From NCBI GenBank assembly GCA_973895155.1, contig OZ316892.1, positions 5,798,476 through 5,862,475 of the forward strand: 64,000 nt of DNA. Direction: 5' to 3'. Positions 12,805 through 26,130 of this stretch are shown one piece after another (positions within the stretch are counted from its first letter, which is position 1; the number at the start of each line of letters is the position of its first letter). The position numbers and the translations under genes are program-made. The notes below the pieces were generated by a model. That model searched no databases, was not told where the DNA came from, and was given only the letters and a program-made list of their open reading frames with translations. The stretch comes from Marsupella aquatica (taxonomy: Eukaryota > Plantae > Marchantiophyta).

Positions 12805-13700
12805 GGTCAATTTGCTTCACCCTCCTTGGAATTTGAAAGTAAAACCTTGATCAATAATTAGTTGTAGGAGATGTTGCCCTTGAGAATGCTGCTTACACAT
12901 GTCCGTGACTAAACACATGTTTTGAAAGTTGTAACCCTACATGTTCTAAAGTCTGAGCTTGAGCCTTGTTTATGGTCATTGCATATGTCACTTGAATGGG
13001 AAATTGGACCCAATATACATAATAAAAAGGAAGTGATTCATCAGATGTCAACGGAATCCATGGGATAAATTAATGTAAGGATCCTTGCATGTTGTCTTGC
13101 AAGAACTCGTGCCTCAATCATGACACGACAATTCATGGATCTCACAATTAGTTGAGTACCATTTAAACACAATCCAAAAGAGTGATCTATATTCCTAAGT
13201 AAAATGATAGGACATCCAACCTTCAGTACCAACTTACGAGGCGGCAGACCACTTGGTGTGAGTGTATTCAAGACCTCTGTAGGGTAGAAATTCTCCCCTT
13301 TGAGCTGATCTGGACGATCAACGCTAAAACACTCACTTGATTCCCTAGGAAGTCCTAAGATAGAGTCATTAATTTTTAGTGCCTCGTCATTTGTCGGCGC
13401 AAGGATAGTTCTCTCACTTAAGAACCTGTCGTCCACATTAGTAAGAGATGGGTAAACTGCATGAGTCAATGCTTCCACACGTCTTCCATCCACCACCATA
13501 GACCGGGCCATAGCTAGACTAGGGCAAGTAATAAGATTATTTGAAAGCCCTCCTTTTGGGAGTTTACCATCGCCCAAGTGTAGTAGCCACTCGCAAATGT
13601 AACATTACCAAATTCAGGAGACACATTAGTTCCTCTTGCCCGCATATATTCAGTTAGATTCAAAGTCCATATACACAAAGATAAGACTTCTTCAAACACA
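12805..13700 (-). pseudogene. Helitron Pif1-like helicase C-terminal fragment (copy A)
   Basis: Motifs LTEYMRA, ILAPTN, GLPPRKLVLKVGCPIILLRN, NGT, then QFP..YAMTINKAQ and VFSHG..A.SR, broken by frameshifts. Confidence 0.85.
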
Positions 13701-13734
13701 ACCCCACTATCTCCAAACGACTCCTTTTTACTTC

Positions 13735-14620
13735 CTTCTCCCCCCCCCCCCCTCCTTGCCTCCCCTTCCATTTTCTCCTCTCCCCCTCCATTTGAGTTTT
13801 CAGGATTGAAGGCTGTTGTCAGGGGAAGTGTTGTTGTTGTTGCAAGCGGAATTATGGAGAGTCAAAAGATATATTGTTGTTCCAAGGGGCGCAGGGACGG
13901 AGAGGAGAGCTTGGACCCCACAAGAGAGGGGAGCCCAATGCAAGAATACTTGCAGCTGGAGTTGGAGTGAGGCAAGACAGAAAATACTCTAGGAGCTTAT
14001 CATCCACTTATGAGCTTTGGGGTAGAAAATCTAATTCCAAGTAATGTTAAGGAAATGGGAGTACCAATTGGGAGGGGCCAATAGGGCCATTCGCCCCTCC
14101 CACCTTGCAAAAGATTTTGTGGAGGAAGTTGTTGAGAAAAATAATTGTTGTAGAGGCAAGGTGAACTTTTGGGCTCTATGTCGATGCGGTATACAATTAT
14201 CATTGCAATTGTGTTGTGCTTGTGGTTGCGTTGTCATTGTGGTTGTGTTGTGGTCAATTAACTTTATTTAAATGACTTTCATTAAATGACAATTAGTGTT
14301 GTCATTTGACTAATTATAACTGAATTTATGAGCAATAAGTTAAAATAGCATGGCCTTGGAACGGGCCAGCTATAATCACAAACAGGAATGCACATTTCTT
14401 TGAATGTTAATAGAATGTGAATAAATGACTATATACAGTCACAAGCTTGAATGCACATTCTTTGAATGTTAATAGAATGATAGTAAAAATGATGATCATG
14501 CATGATTATCATTTTGACATGCATAATATCTCATCCGTCGGTCCACCCACACAAATGACACAAGTTTTGGTGGGGCCCTAGAGCATGGTCTAGAAGCTTC
14601 ACTTAAGAAACCTAAACCCC
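13735..14620 (-). mobile_element. Non-coding part of Helitron copy A
   Basis: 13740-13995 is the reverse complement of ~23480-23750; 14000-14230 of ~23110-23345; ~14480-14610 resembles ~19965-20090. Confidence 0.7.
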
Positions 14621-15084
14621 AACTCTAAGTAGTTTCTCATCATGACTAGTGAATATGTATATTTGAAAACACTAAAGAATCAGAAGGTTTCCATGACCCT
14701 TGGACCATGGCATTTGGGGCAACTACTGTGAGGAGGGAACTCTGGAAATGAGAGATGAGAGGGGGGTGGAACAAGCACACAAGCCAGAAATCTGCTCTAG
14801 AAGCCCAATATTTATCAATCCACCTGCCCTCCAGGACCAGTATGTGAGTGAGGACGATGGGAACATCAAATTAATCATTGTGGCAATCTCATTACAGTAA
14901 AATCCAACCAGGGTTAAAATGTAACCCGTCAGTCCAAAAAAATGGAATCTTACTAATAATTCACAAAGGAAGCTACTTTTATGGCCTATCATCTAGAGTG
15001 AAACTTCTAAGTCTAATTAAGACGGCAATTCTAAATGAGGACAAAATTGACATTTTTTATTCTATGTTTATAAAATTTTAAGGT

Positions 15085-15360
15085 GAAATTTGTGAAACCC
15101 CATAGAAAGGGAAGAGTAGTCACAATAGTTGAACCCAAGACTTATCAGTCTCTACTCAAGTGAACTATCACAAAGTCATGCCTCTACTCAAGTGAGTTAC
15201 CACAAAGTCATGCCTCTCTGGCCACACAACTAACATTTACTCTTAATAAGGACAAAACTTAAAAAGTCATGCCTTTACTCGAGTGAACTACCACAAAGTC
15301 ATGCCTCTTTGGGTCACACTATTGACATTTACTCTTAATAAGGACAAAACTTAAAATGAC
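15085..15360. repeat. Dispersed repeat with internal ~31-bp tandem units; inverted copy at 51183-51290
   Basis: Repeated ctctactcaagtga..accacaaagtcatgc. 15085-15220 matches the reverse complement of 51183-51290. Confidence 0.75.
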
Positions 15361-15753
15361 TGTGGACAAAAAACAAGGATAGGGCAAAGGTTAAAACAAG
15401 TGACATTGACTCTAAATAAAGATAAAACTGAAATGAAGGTCCAGTTTTTTTTTCAACCTTTCAGGTAAGGGCCAATTGGGCTAGTTTTAATAAATAGTAA
15501 AAGCGACGGCAAGTAATGGTATTGTTACACCCATAATGGCCATAAAACAAAAGGGTGGCAATGCAATAAAAGCCACAAAAGTTGATCTCCAAAGCAAAAG
15601 AAGATTGAGCGTTGTGCGGTTTCTCTCGTGAAAAATGTGGGCGAAGGAAGAGGAAGAGGTCAAGATTCGCTTAAAGGTCCAAGACATCGAGAGACACAGG
15701 AAGCGGAAACCTGGGAGAGAGATACCCAATTACCCGCTCTCTCTCTCACAGAG

Positions 15754-18140
15754 ATGGTGGGGAACGATTTGCCCAAATGCGAGGCGAACTATGGAGCGCT
15801 GACGCCGATCACGTTCCTCCAGAGAGCGGCGGCTGTGTATCCTGACAGGGCATCGGTAGTGTACGGCCGCCGGCGATTCACATGGGCGACGACTCTGGAG
15901 CGATGTCGTCGCCTCGCCTCGGCACTGCAATTTCACAAAATCGCTCCCGGCCACACGGTACACACCTCCCCCTCCATCCATCGAGCTATTCAGAATTTTC
16001 TCTAATTCACATTTTGTGTCTCCCGCTCGTTCTCATCTTCATGCTGAAATTTTGCGTAGGCTCGAATCTGTGGAGCACTCATTTGGTGTCCGGTTCAGAG
16101 TTTAGGGTTTAGATCGAAGGATAGACTGTGCATTGGTTAACAACCAATCAAAAGTAGGAAGAGGATCTAACAATGTCACGGAAGTCATGGTTTCGGAGAT
16201 TGCAATGTAGACGAGGCCTTTGCTATTTGCTGTGCTTTTCAGCTATTTTCCTGTTTTACACTCAGTACCAATTGTGGCCAGTAAACTCCAATCGTCAACG
16301 GTGTAGTCTGTGGGAAATGCGATGCTTGTGAGTTTGGTCCACTGATTCATAATTCTACCTCACGCAATTCTAGTAGAAGAGAACAAGCAGCTTGCTTATC
16401 TGCTTTGATTTCGATCAGTGTGAATGCTGGGCTGCTATCTGATCTGCAGGTGGGAATAGTTGCTCCGAATGTTCCGGCAATGTACGAGGTGCATTTTGGT
16501 GTGCCAATGGCAGGTGCGGTTCTCATTCCCATCAACATCCGCCTAGACCCACGCACCATAGCTGTCTGTCTGGCTCATGCGGAGGTCAAACTCATACTCG
16601 TAGACACCGAATTCCTGCCCCTTGTGCGGAATGCTCTGCAGCTATTATCAGTCGCACATCCCTCAAAAGCCGAGCCTCTCCTGGTACACATTGAAGACGA
16701 CTCATGGGAAAACCCATCCGCAATCAAAGCTGGGGATTTGGGTCACATCTTAGAGTACGAGGCGTTCGTAGGAAGCGGGGATCCCAAGTTCAAGGTCCGC
16801 TTGCCAGAGGACGAATGGGAGGCCATATCAATAAATTACACATCTGGCACGACTGCTGCTCCCAAAGGTGTGGTGTATCATCATAGAGGGGCCTATCTCA
16901 ATGCCCTTGCAGCTGCTTTGGATTGGGATATGCCCACGGGACCTGTCTTTCTGTGGACCGTCCCTATGTTCCACTGTAATGGGTGGTGCTTTACCTGGAG
17001 CATGGCTGCAATGGGCGGAACAAACATTTGTATGAGGAATGTTAATCTGAACATTAAGAATATATATGATGTAGTGCTTGAGCATAAGGTTACTCATATG
17101 GGTGGAGCTCCAGTCGTTCTTAACATGCTAGCCAATGCCGAAGACCATGAGAGGAGGCCTTTACCCTGGACGCTGCAGCTGTGGACTGGAGGAGCGCCCC
17201 CTCCACCGGCAACCTTCGCAAAGTTGGAGTCGTTGGGATTTAGGGTGGGCCATGGCTTTGGTGCGACAGAGACTTACGGTCCTTGTATCTCTTGTGTCCC
17301 AAAGAATGAATGGGAAGCGCTATCCGTTGATGAGCGATCTAAATTAATGACAAGGCAAGGTGTCGGTCACCTGGGTATCTCTGCTTGGGGTGTATTTGAT
17401 CCAGAGACCATGGCCCCGGTGCCTCATGATGGAAAGACTATGGGAGAAGTGATGGTAAAGGGGCACACTGTCATGAAAGGTTATTTAAAAGATAAGCAAG
17501 CGACAGAGAATGCTTTCCGAGGGGGCATGTTTCACACAGGTGATACTCTCTTGACCTTCCAAAGGAACCTCTTCTCATGGTACTAGACGTGGTAAGACGA
17601 GGTAATCGAAGAATAGGTGCTTGTTCAAGCATTGAAGCAAAACCAAGAATAGAGAGATTTTGGTCAACTTTACTACACATCTCTTGAAAGTCTAGTTGCA
17701 ATGTTGAACTCGTTGCAGGCGATCTGGGAGTTGTGCAGCTCGATGGCTACATACAGCTGAAGGATCGCTCGAAAGACATCATCATTTCTGGAGGAGAAAA
17801 CATTAGCAGTATTGAAGTGGAATCCATCCTTTTCCAACACCCCCAAATTCTCGAGGCAGCTGTGGTGGCTCGGCCCGACGATTATTGGGGCGAGACACCT
17901 TGTGCATTTGTAACACTCAAACATTCAACTTTACGGGATGAAGGCTCCAAGACCACTGTCTCTGAGAAAGATATCATCGAGTTCTGTAGGGCACGTTTGC
18001 CTCACTACATGTGCCCACGGTCTGTTCTATTTGCAAGCTTGCCGAAGAACGCCACCGGTAAAGTGCAGAAAATGGAGCTCAGGCAGCAAGCAAATTGCTC
18101 GGTTCCATCTTTGCATCAACTAGAAGAAGGTTTCAAGTAA
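15754..18140 (+). CDS. Acyl-activating enzyme (AMP-binding acyl-CoA synthetase, plant AAE clade-I-like); exons 15754-15957, 16450-17539, 17719-18140
   Basis: '[21 protein letters not shown]', [15 protein letters not shown]-binding motif, [12 protein letters not shown]|[38 protein letters not shown] introns keep the frame. Confidence 0.93.
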
Positions 18141-18368
18141 ACTGTAAGTATATCGCAAAGGGACTTGGAACCAACACATTTCCGCCATTGAGACCGGTTA
18201 GGAATGTCTCTGGCCGTGGATAACCCTTCAGGGTTTTCAGTCAAAAGACAACCTAATTGGTGTCAATTTATCCAAAATGCACGCATCGGTGTGAGCAGGA
18301 GTAATACATGAGCAGGAGGCCGCAACCATTCAGTGGCATTCACGGGGATGTGAGTTTGAAATATTTTT

Positions 18369-18582
18369 TGGGGGTCTAGTTAGAGACTCTTGTAATTCTG
18401 AAAATTCTTCAGGGGTCTAGTTAGAGACCTCTTGTAATTCGGAAATTTCTTTAGGGGGTCCAGTTTGAGACTCTTGTAATCTAAAAATTCTTTACTGGTC
18501 TAGTTAGAGACTCTTGTACTACTAAAATTCTGAAAATTCGTTATGGGTCTAGTTAGAGACTCTTGTAATTCAAGAAATTCTG
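18369..18582 (+). repeat. Minisatellite, 5 x ~43 bp
   Basis: ggtctagttagagactcttgtaattctgaaaattc repeated five times with small variations. Confidence 0.9.
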
Positions 18583-20135
18583 TGAAAAATCCACATCATC
18601 TCAGAATTCTAAACCATTGTGGATCTGTCTAATTGGACCATCTAGATTATTTTCATGGGTAGCACCATGTGTGGTCACTTGTGTGACCACAAGCTTGTGA
18701 CAAAAGTGAAAACTTGATTCTCATCCATTGGATGATTCTAGTTGGAGCATTTAGATTCCTAGATTCCTTGCATGTTTCATCATCATGTGGGAGTAAAATG
18801 AGAAGTGGTGTCAGATTGCATTAGATAATGTCAATGCATTCATGTCATACCAAAATGGATCATTTTTCTCAACCATGCCATGCCAAAATGAGTGAGTGAT
18901 GCCTCCACATCTATTTTACATGAACTCATCAAACACTTTAATACACTCTCCACCCCAAAGTACTTCAGTCTTTTACAATGAGGAAAAAAGAGTCAATCCT
19001 AGCTCTTAATGATGGCATCAGGTGTACCTAGACACTCCCACCTCAAATGTATGTCCAATGCCTTGCCCCATCTGCCCAATATAATATTTTTGGAAATTTG
19101 GAGAAAACCTGAGTATGTAAACTATTATTTAAATATGTATTCAAAGTGACTTGAAAATAAAACAAACAAACCCAAAAAAACACTCCCCATATTGTGTAAC
19201 TATGCCTGGACACCTAGACCAAATTCAAAACTTAGACCATGGAGTACATTTTCACTTTCATTCCTACTTGATTTAAACATTTAAATTTTTTGAGCTCTGG
19301 CAAAATTAATCTTAGTACCAATAGGGCGGTCAAGAATTATAACGAGGCAAAGATAGCCAACATTGTCTGATTAGTTTGCAGCAAAAGACCCTAAATGCCT
19401 TCTAAGCTGATTTGACCTAGACAGATGGACTTGAGCAAATCTCACCTAAGCTGATTTGAACTAGGAGGACTTAAAGAAAAACAATTTTCATTATAAGAGT
19501 GCTTGCACACTTGTTTGTTTGGGTTTGAGTGGTCCTCGCCCTCTTTCCCACTTTATTTTTAAACAAAAGGATTTCCTGGGAAAAAAAACAATTCAATCAA
19601 TCTACGAATCACTGTGGTATGGAACAATTAGAAAAAGTGCTGCTCAGACAATTGAGAAGTGTAACTATTACTCCTACTTTAAGTACTCCTCAAACTTTTA
19701 TTTGCCAAACTTGTGGTTTTTATTGTCATTACCTAAAGCGAACGGAGGATCTTTTGTTCCTTATGTGCACAATTTTTGACTGATTTGAATGTCATTAAAG
19801 CAAGTAAGAATATGTATCTTAATGTGCTCAACTTTTCAGTCTTGTGCACTTGCATTTTTCCTGGTCATTATGTAACATGTACTTTTATTTGGCATGTGCT
19901 GTATTTTTCCTACTCGTATCTAATCTTACTTATAGAGCGTCAATTATAAGCTAGAGTTGTGGCCTAAGCTTCTAGAGTGAAGCCTCTAGACAGTAATTCC
20001 ATGGCTCATCATGTGGATGACAAAACCCATGACTATGTTGTATGTCAAATGATAATCATCCATGCTTTTTGCCATTATTTCTATTTGCATTAACAATGGG
20101 TTCTATGCCCCCACCATAACATATGTGCATAGAAA

Positions 20136-21653
20136 GAGAGACCTGCAGTGGTGGACCTTGTCACCTAGCACTCTCACCAATCCCAGTACCACGCCTAAGT
20201 GCCCCTGGTGCCCAAACGCCTCCATGGAATACCTCGAGCAAGTAACCTATTGCCCTTTGCACCACCAACGGCCCCTCCCATACGAAGCCGCACTTGCTCT
20301 CCAACACAACCGCTACTCAACGGTCCTCACTGTCTGCACAAGCAACCAAGCGTCTCGGTAAGTAACCCTTCAGGATCTAGATCTCTCCAAGTCTAGCATC
20401 CTAACTCAAGCTCAAAGACATTGGTAAGTAGGTTAGCGGTAGGACCTCCCGATGCCATAAGCCGGAACCAGAACCCATGCCCATTGTTCGTCCAGAACAG
20501 CTCCTTCCTTGGGCGCGGCCTAGGTTCCCCCTCGTACCTATCCATCACCAACTGACCGCCCTGACCCCAGGACATGCTCATGGCCCAAATAGCATAGCTT
20601 GTCCTAAAGCTTGTCCCAGGCTTGTCTCAACACGTCGGGACCAGAATGGCCCCGACCGAGGCCCCGACTCTGGCAACCAACTCCCGGTTCTCACCCCCTA
20701 ATGATCTAGGATCCAAGCACCCTTGGAACTTAATCTCCACGCCTACTTGGCCTTGCCTCCCCAACGCAAGCTCCCCTGGAGACTGAACGCGGCTTGGCTG
20801 CTGTTTCGACAGAATTTGGCAAGCGGGCGAGATAACACCCGCAATCCTCGAGAACCCATGGCGCCCCTAGACCCAGATGAGCTCAAGAGGACGTAACCCT
20901 CCTCGAGAGCTTTCCAACACACCCAAGAAGTCCTCCAACGGACTTCCCATTGGGAAGATATCGCCGTTTCCGTTTGGCATTTTCCTTTAGTGTCGCGACC
21001 GCCGCAGCTCACGACTTCGGCTCGCCCTTAGCCCCCAGGGAGACACCACTCCCCTCATATATACTTCTGGAGACCTACCACCCCAGGACCAGCTTTGGTC
21101 CCTAAAATTTTGGCCCCAACCCGGACCCTATCTCGCATACTGGGCGCGCCACCAATTGGCAACGCCCATAACTTTCTCGTTAGGCGTCCGCAAGTGAAGT
21201 GCCTTAGCCCGTTGTGATCAGGCCAACCCAGTGCTCATGCCTAGGCCCTCAGGTCTCATCGCCGCTCGGGGTCCCCAATCGGCCGAACCCGGATTGGGCC
21301 ATAACTCATGCCCCAAGCGTCCGTTGCCCATGGCGTCAACTCCATTGGCCTTGGGCCCAAGAGGCGCTCACACTCAAGCCCTCAGAACTCAAAGTCTGTC
21401 GGGGGTCTGGACGGTCAACCTTGAGCCCGACCTTTTTTCCCCTTGACCCGACCAGCTCTCAGCTAGCCTAAGTCCTTAGTGTGTGTCACCAACTTGGCGC
21501 CTTGCCTTCGCCAGTGCCACGTCTCAGTGCCCACAAGTCTCCCCATGCTAAGTCCTCCCCGGATGGCCTATCCGGGCCTGGACCATAAGGGGCTCGGCGT
21601 CGGAGTCAGCGACGCCGGAGCTAAGTGTTAAGGTAGTCGAGTTTCGCGACTCT
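20136..21653 (+). mobile_element. 5'-truncated non-LTR retrotransposon-like insertion with a TSD of at least 10 bp
   Basis: Flanked by tgcatagaaa (20126-20135 and 21654-21663). GC-rich against AT-rich flanks. Encodes a degenerate CxxC..E..(H)...CP knuckle 'KCPWCPNASMEYLEQVTYCP'. Second copy at 12220-12800. Confidence 0.7.
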
Positions 21654-21919
21654 TGCATAGAAAAGAGTATGGTATATTATGGATGATTATTAAAATGATA
21701 ATATACGTGATGGTTTTTTAATCATTCAAAGAATGTGAGTAAGGTATATATTTTGGTGATATTTTTATTGTCCTCCCTTCTATTCTTGTTCAAAGAACGG
21801 GTAGTCGGGGCTAGTACCATGTAATAATCATTTACACATCATTACAAGAGATCTTCTGTACCTTATGTGCACAATGTTCGACTCATTTGAGTGTCATTAA
21901 AGCAAGCGTGAATCTATAT

Positions 21920-22273
21920 TTACAACGATTGACAATATCGATGCATATTAATGTAGAAATCCATACGACTTGTGATATGGGTGCCCACTGCCCACGGCAA
22001 TTCCCGACAGTAGAACATATATAATTACAATTAAAAGAGCTTCAGCAGCTGTGCAGGAGACTCTGCCTGAGTGGTAGTCAAGCAGACTTGGTTTCAACAG
22101 GTCTGGAGTTCGAATTCTGCCTGGCATAGTTCTCTTTTGTAACAAACCCCACCCAAAAGTGGGGTTCATTCATCAACTTTGACACTTACTAAAAAAATTC
22201 ACGTTCACATTTTTACGCGCGCAGCCAAGGGGATGATCACAGGCAGGTACTTGATATTGTCATTCGTGCTGAA
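21920..22273 (+). mobile_element. SINE-like insertion with tRNA-derived A/B boxes and an 11-bp direct repeat
   Basis: tgaatctatat at 21909-21919 and 22274-22284. A-box-like tgcctgagtgg at ~22064 and B-box-like agttcgaattc at ~22107. Empty-site paralog at ~19790-19915. Confidence 0.55.
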
Positions 22274-23375
22274 TGAATCTATATCTTATTATGAGCTCAA
22301 CTTTTCAGAACTATTGTGCACTTGCCGACTTTTCCTGGTCATTATGTAACATGTACTTTTATTTGGCATGTGCTGTATTATTCCTACTCATGATCATACC
22401 CAATACTATGCAATGATCATTTACACATCATTACAAGACAAAAAGTAAAGTTGCTCATCAGCTATAATTGGTAGAGTCCATTTGATAGAAAAGTGGTTCA
22501 TCTACAACTATAATAAGGGATCCGGCCAAATCCCTCTCATAGTGGGTTTACAAAAAGAGAAAAAAGAGGGAACATTGCTTTACCGTAGGATGATCTGCAG
22601 GAATATTTGGGACTCTTGGATTGGGGAAAAAGGTGCCCATAATTTGAATAGACTTAGGATAAAGTATACTTAGTAAGTATGACAAAGTGACTGAATGTGC
22701 TAGCTAGACTACACAATGCTAGTTAGAGTACACATTCAATGCTACTAGGGACAGCAGTTCACAAAGTACTTTTTAGCATGGAGTGACATGGAGTAATAAA
22801 TGAGTAGATTGATGATATAGGGATTTTTGGCATTGAGCTAAAGAGAAAATAAATTGACATGAGAAAATTTTCTCGCCTTTTTCCTCTCCAAAAGTGAATA
22901 TCATTTTTTGTGAAGTTACTTTGTCTTTTCTTTCCAAATTTTTCTCCTTTTTAATGGTGTTGGAGGGAAGAAAATGGGGGAGGGGGGAGGAAACAAACAC
23001 TCTAAGGGCACAGGAGGAAAGACACATACGGCAAGGGGGGTTGTGGGGTGGGGTGGGGTGGGGTGGGGGGGGGGGGGGACTGGGGGGACTGGGGGGGCAA
23101 AACAAACTAAGTGAAAACATTCTAGCACAACACAATTGCAATGATAATTGTGCACCGCATCGACATAGAGCCCAAAAGTTCACCTTGCCTCCACAACACT
23201 TATTTTTCTCAATGACTTCCTCCACAGAATCTTTTGCAAGGTGGGAGGGGCCAACCGAGGGGCCAATGGCCCCACCCAATTGGTTCTCCCATTTCCTTAA
23301 CATTACTTGGAATTAGATTTTCTACCCCAAAGCTCATAAGTGGATGATTTTCCTTTGCCTACACCTCTATTTACT

Positions 23376-23378
<3 letters not shown>

Positions 23379-23432
<54 letters not shown>
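23379..23432. repeat. (AT)n microsatellite
   Basis: Uninterrupted AT dinucleotide run of ~54 bp. Confidence 0.97.
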
Positions 23433-23434
<2 letters not shown>

Positions 23435-25579
23435 TTTGTTTGCCCAAGTTCAATTTTGTGTCTCTTCTCTAGCTCCTAGAGTATTTTCTGCCTTGCCTCA
23501 AACACAGTTACACCTTGGCCTGGCCTCTCACCCCAACTCCAGCTGCAGTATTCTTGCATTGGGCTCCCCTTTTTGGTGGGGTCCAAACTCTCCTCTCCCT
23601 CCCTGCTCCCCTTGGAAAGACAATATATCTTTTGACTTTCCGTTCTGCTTGCAACAACAACACTTCCCTAACAACAGCTGGCCTTACTGAAAACTACAAG
23701 TGGACGGGGAGAGGAGAAAATGGAAGGGGAGGTGAGAGGGGGGAGAAAGGGAAAAAAAAGAGGGGGGGAGGAAGAACAAGGGTAGAACGGGGAAGGGATG
23801 GGAAGGGAGGAGGGTTATAATTATTGAAAAATAGTCATTAATTAAGTAAAAACATAACTAAAAAATAAAAATAAATTCCCTTTCCCATCCACTGAAAGGC
23901 TTCTTGCTCCTTGAAGTCCAAATTTTATCTCCTTGAAGTTTCTCATTCATGACCCCCCCCCCCCATCCCAATCACAAACCCCACCTCAACTCTCCTCCTC
24001 ATGTGCACATACAACACAAGCTTTCTCTTTCGATTTTGTTCTGCTCACCAATAATGTTTCTGTTGACCATCATTTTTTGCCCTTGACCCAAGTTCTGCCT
24101 CCCCTCCCCATCTATACATATGTTGCTTTCTATATTGACAACAATCATGGACACAAATGCAACATTGAACCACTGACAACAACTTCTAAAATGACAACAC
24201 TTCCATGCAACACCGCAACACCACTTCTACTCAACAATGATGTTCACTCATTCAACAACTCTTTTCTTCAGTTGGCAATTATTGTGATTGACAATACTAC
24301 TAAACATGCTGCTAAATCAAACACTATAATAAACCATGCTGCGCTTTTGTGGTCATAGTCAATTTATGAAATGCAGGGTTTTGTACCCAGTGGGTACCTT
24401 TTACTGCTGTTACACGACATACATGCCACAGTACATATGGCTAGGGTAGATAGTATACACATAAAATATTTTTTGGCTTGGAGCATTAAAGGAGAATAAG
24501 TTAAAGCATAGAATTAAAGCAATTTATAGATTGACCAGAATTTGAGGTTTTGGCATGGAGCAAAAAAAGGGGAAGTGATAACATAGAATTTATTTATTTT
24601 ATCTTTGCTCTTGAGAAGGGACAGATGGTTATCATTTCTTCCCAAAAATTTCTCCCTTTTAATGGTCTTGGAGGGAAGCAAAACGGGGAGAGATGGAGGA
24701 AGGGAGAGCAGGAGAAAACAACTGGAGATCATGGGGAGAACAGGGAGACACAAAGAGGTAAAATATAAAGGCATGATTGTGGAAAGTTGGTAAGATATCA
24801 AGGTAAGATATAAAGGAATAGGACTTTACACAAAAAATAATAATTTTGTGGTAAGAGATAAATCGACAAGATTTCTTTTCCTCAATGATTTCTTTTGCAA
24901 TATGAGTTGTTTTATAAAGAACTCACATATTTTATGCATTGATATTATTTGCACAACAACATATTTTAGGCATCGACATGTTTTGGATAAAGACATTTTC
25001 TGCGCAACACATGATTGGGTGTTGAGCTATCAAACACTATAAAAGGCTATCCTGCCTAAAAGGTTTTGTGCAGTCTATTTAAAAAAGTGAAAAATGAGGG
25101 AACGACTAATACTGTCAGATATATTCCATTGATTTTAGTACCTTCATATTAAGGGAAGGGGATCCCCAATGGAAGGGGATACCCATGGATATACTTGCTT
25201 TGAGTACATAACATTGGTATAAGAGTTTACAATTTTTTTGGCTTTTTCCTAGGGAGAAGGGAAATTTTCATTTTTCTTTAACTTTTTGTGTTTTCCTCCC
25301 GGTTTTTTTTCTTATTTTTAAATCATGTTGGAGGGGGGAGGGAGGGAGCGAGCTGAATAGCCAGGGAGGGAGGCTCGAAGGAGAACTAGGGAGGGCACAA
25401 AAGAGGAGGAAAAAAGAAAAAAAGGGAGGAGAAAAAAGGGAAATGATATTTGCTCCGTCCATATAGCACTGGGTTTAGGGTTTAGGGTACTCCAAACCCT
25501 AAACCACTGCCGGCGCCCCTGGCTGTCTTGCGCTGCCCCCATCCTCCCACACCCTCACCCTCCCAACAACTCCTTGGGA

Positions 25580-26130
25580 CATGCTTTGCCTTGACATTTT
25601 TGCCTTGCTTGACATATATTCTCACCTCATCATCTTTTTCCTTGTTGAAATCTTTTTCTCTCCTTGGTGTCTCCTGACCTCAACAATGTTTTCTCACATT
25701 GACATCTTTTCTCTTCTCGACATTCTTTCTCTCCTTGAAATTGTTTTCTCTCCTCGACGTTATTTTCACACCTCAATCAAGACCTCAACATTGTTTTCTC
25801 ACCTCGACACCTTTTCTCACGGTCTCGACATTTTTTTCTCCCCTTGACATATTTTCTCACCTAGCCTCGATGTATTTTTCTCACCTTGACAAATTTTCCT
25901 CACTTTGACATCTTTTCCTCTCCTAGACATATGTTCTCACGTTGACATCTTTCCTCCACCTTGGCATCTTTCGCTTGCCTCGACAGATTGCCCTCTCCTT
26001 GACATCTTGCCCTTTGACATCATGCCCTCACCCCAACATCTTGCCTTTGCCTCAACATATTTTCCTCTCTTGACGTCTTGCCCTCACCTTGGCATCTTTC
26101 CCTTGCCTCGGCATCTTGTCATCACCTCAA
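25580..26130 (+). repeat. Degenerate ~19-bp tandem repeat inside Helitron copy B
   Basis: Recurring ct(c/t)gacat(c/a)tttt(c)tc(a/t)c unit, more than 20 copies, directly upstream of the helicase fragment. Confidence 0.8.

Noticed and set aside
18369-18582. Possible CRISPR array in the 43-bp repeats
   Set aside because: The intervening sequences are variants of one another, so this is an ordinary minisatellite.
22050-22135. Functional tRNA gene
   Set aside because: A/B boxes are present but I could not fold a convincing acceptor or anticodon stem; treated as SINE-like.
22773-24358. Pro-/Gly-rich ORFs on both strands
   Set aside because: They arise from poly-G/C tracts, the (AT)n run and Helitron non-coding repeats.
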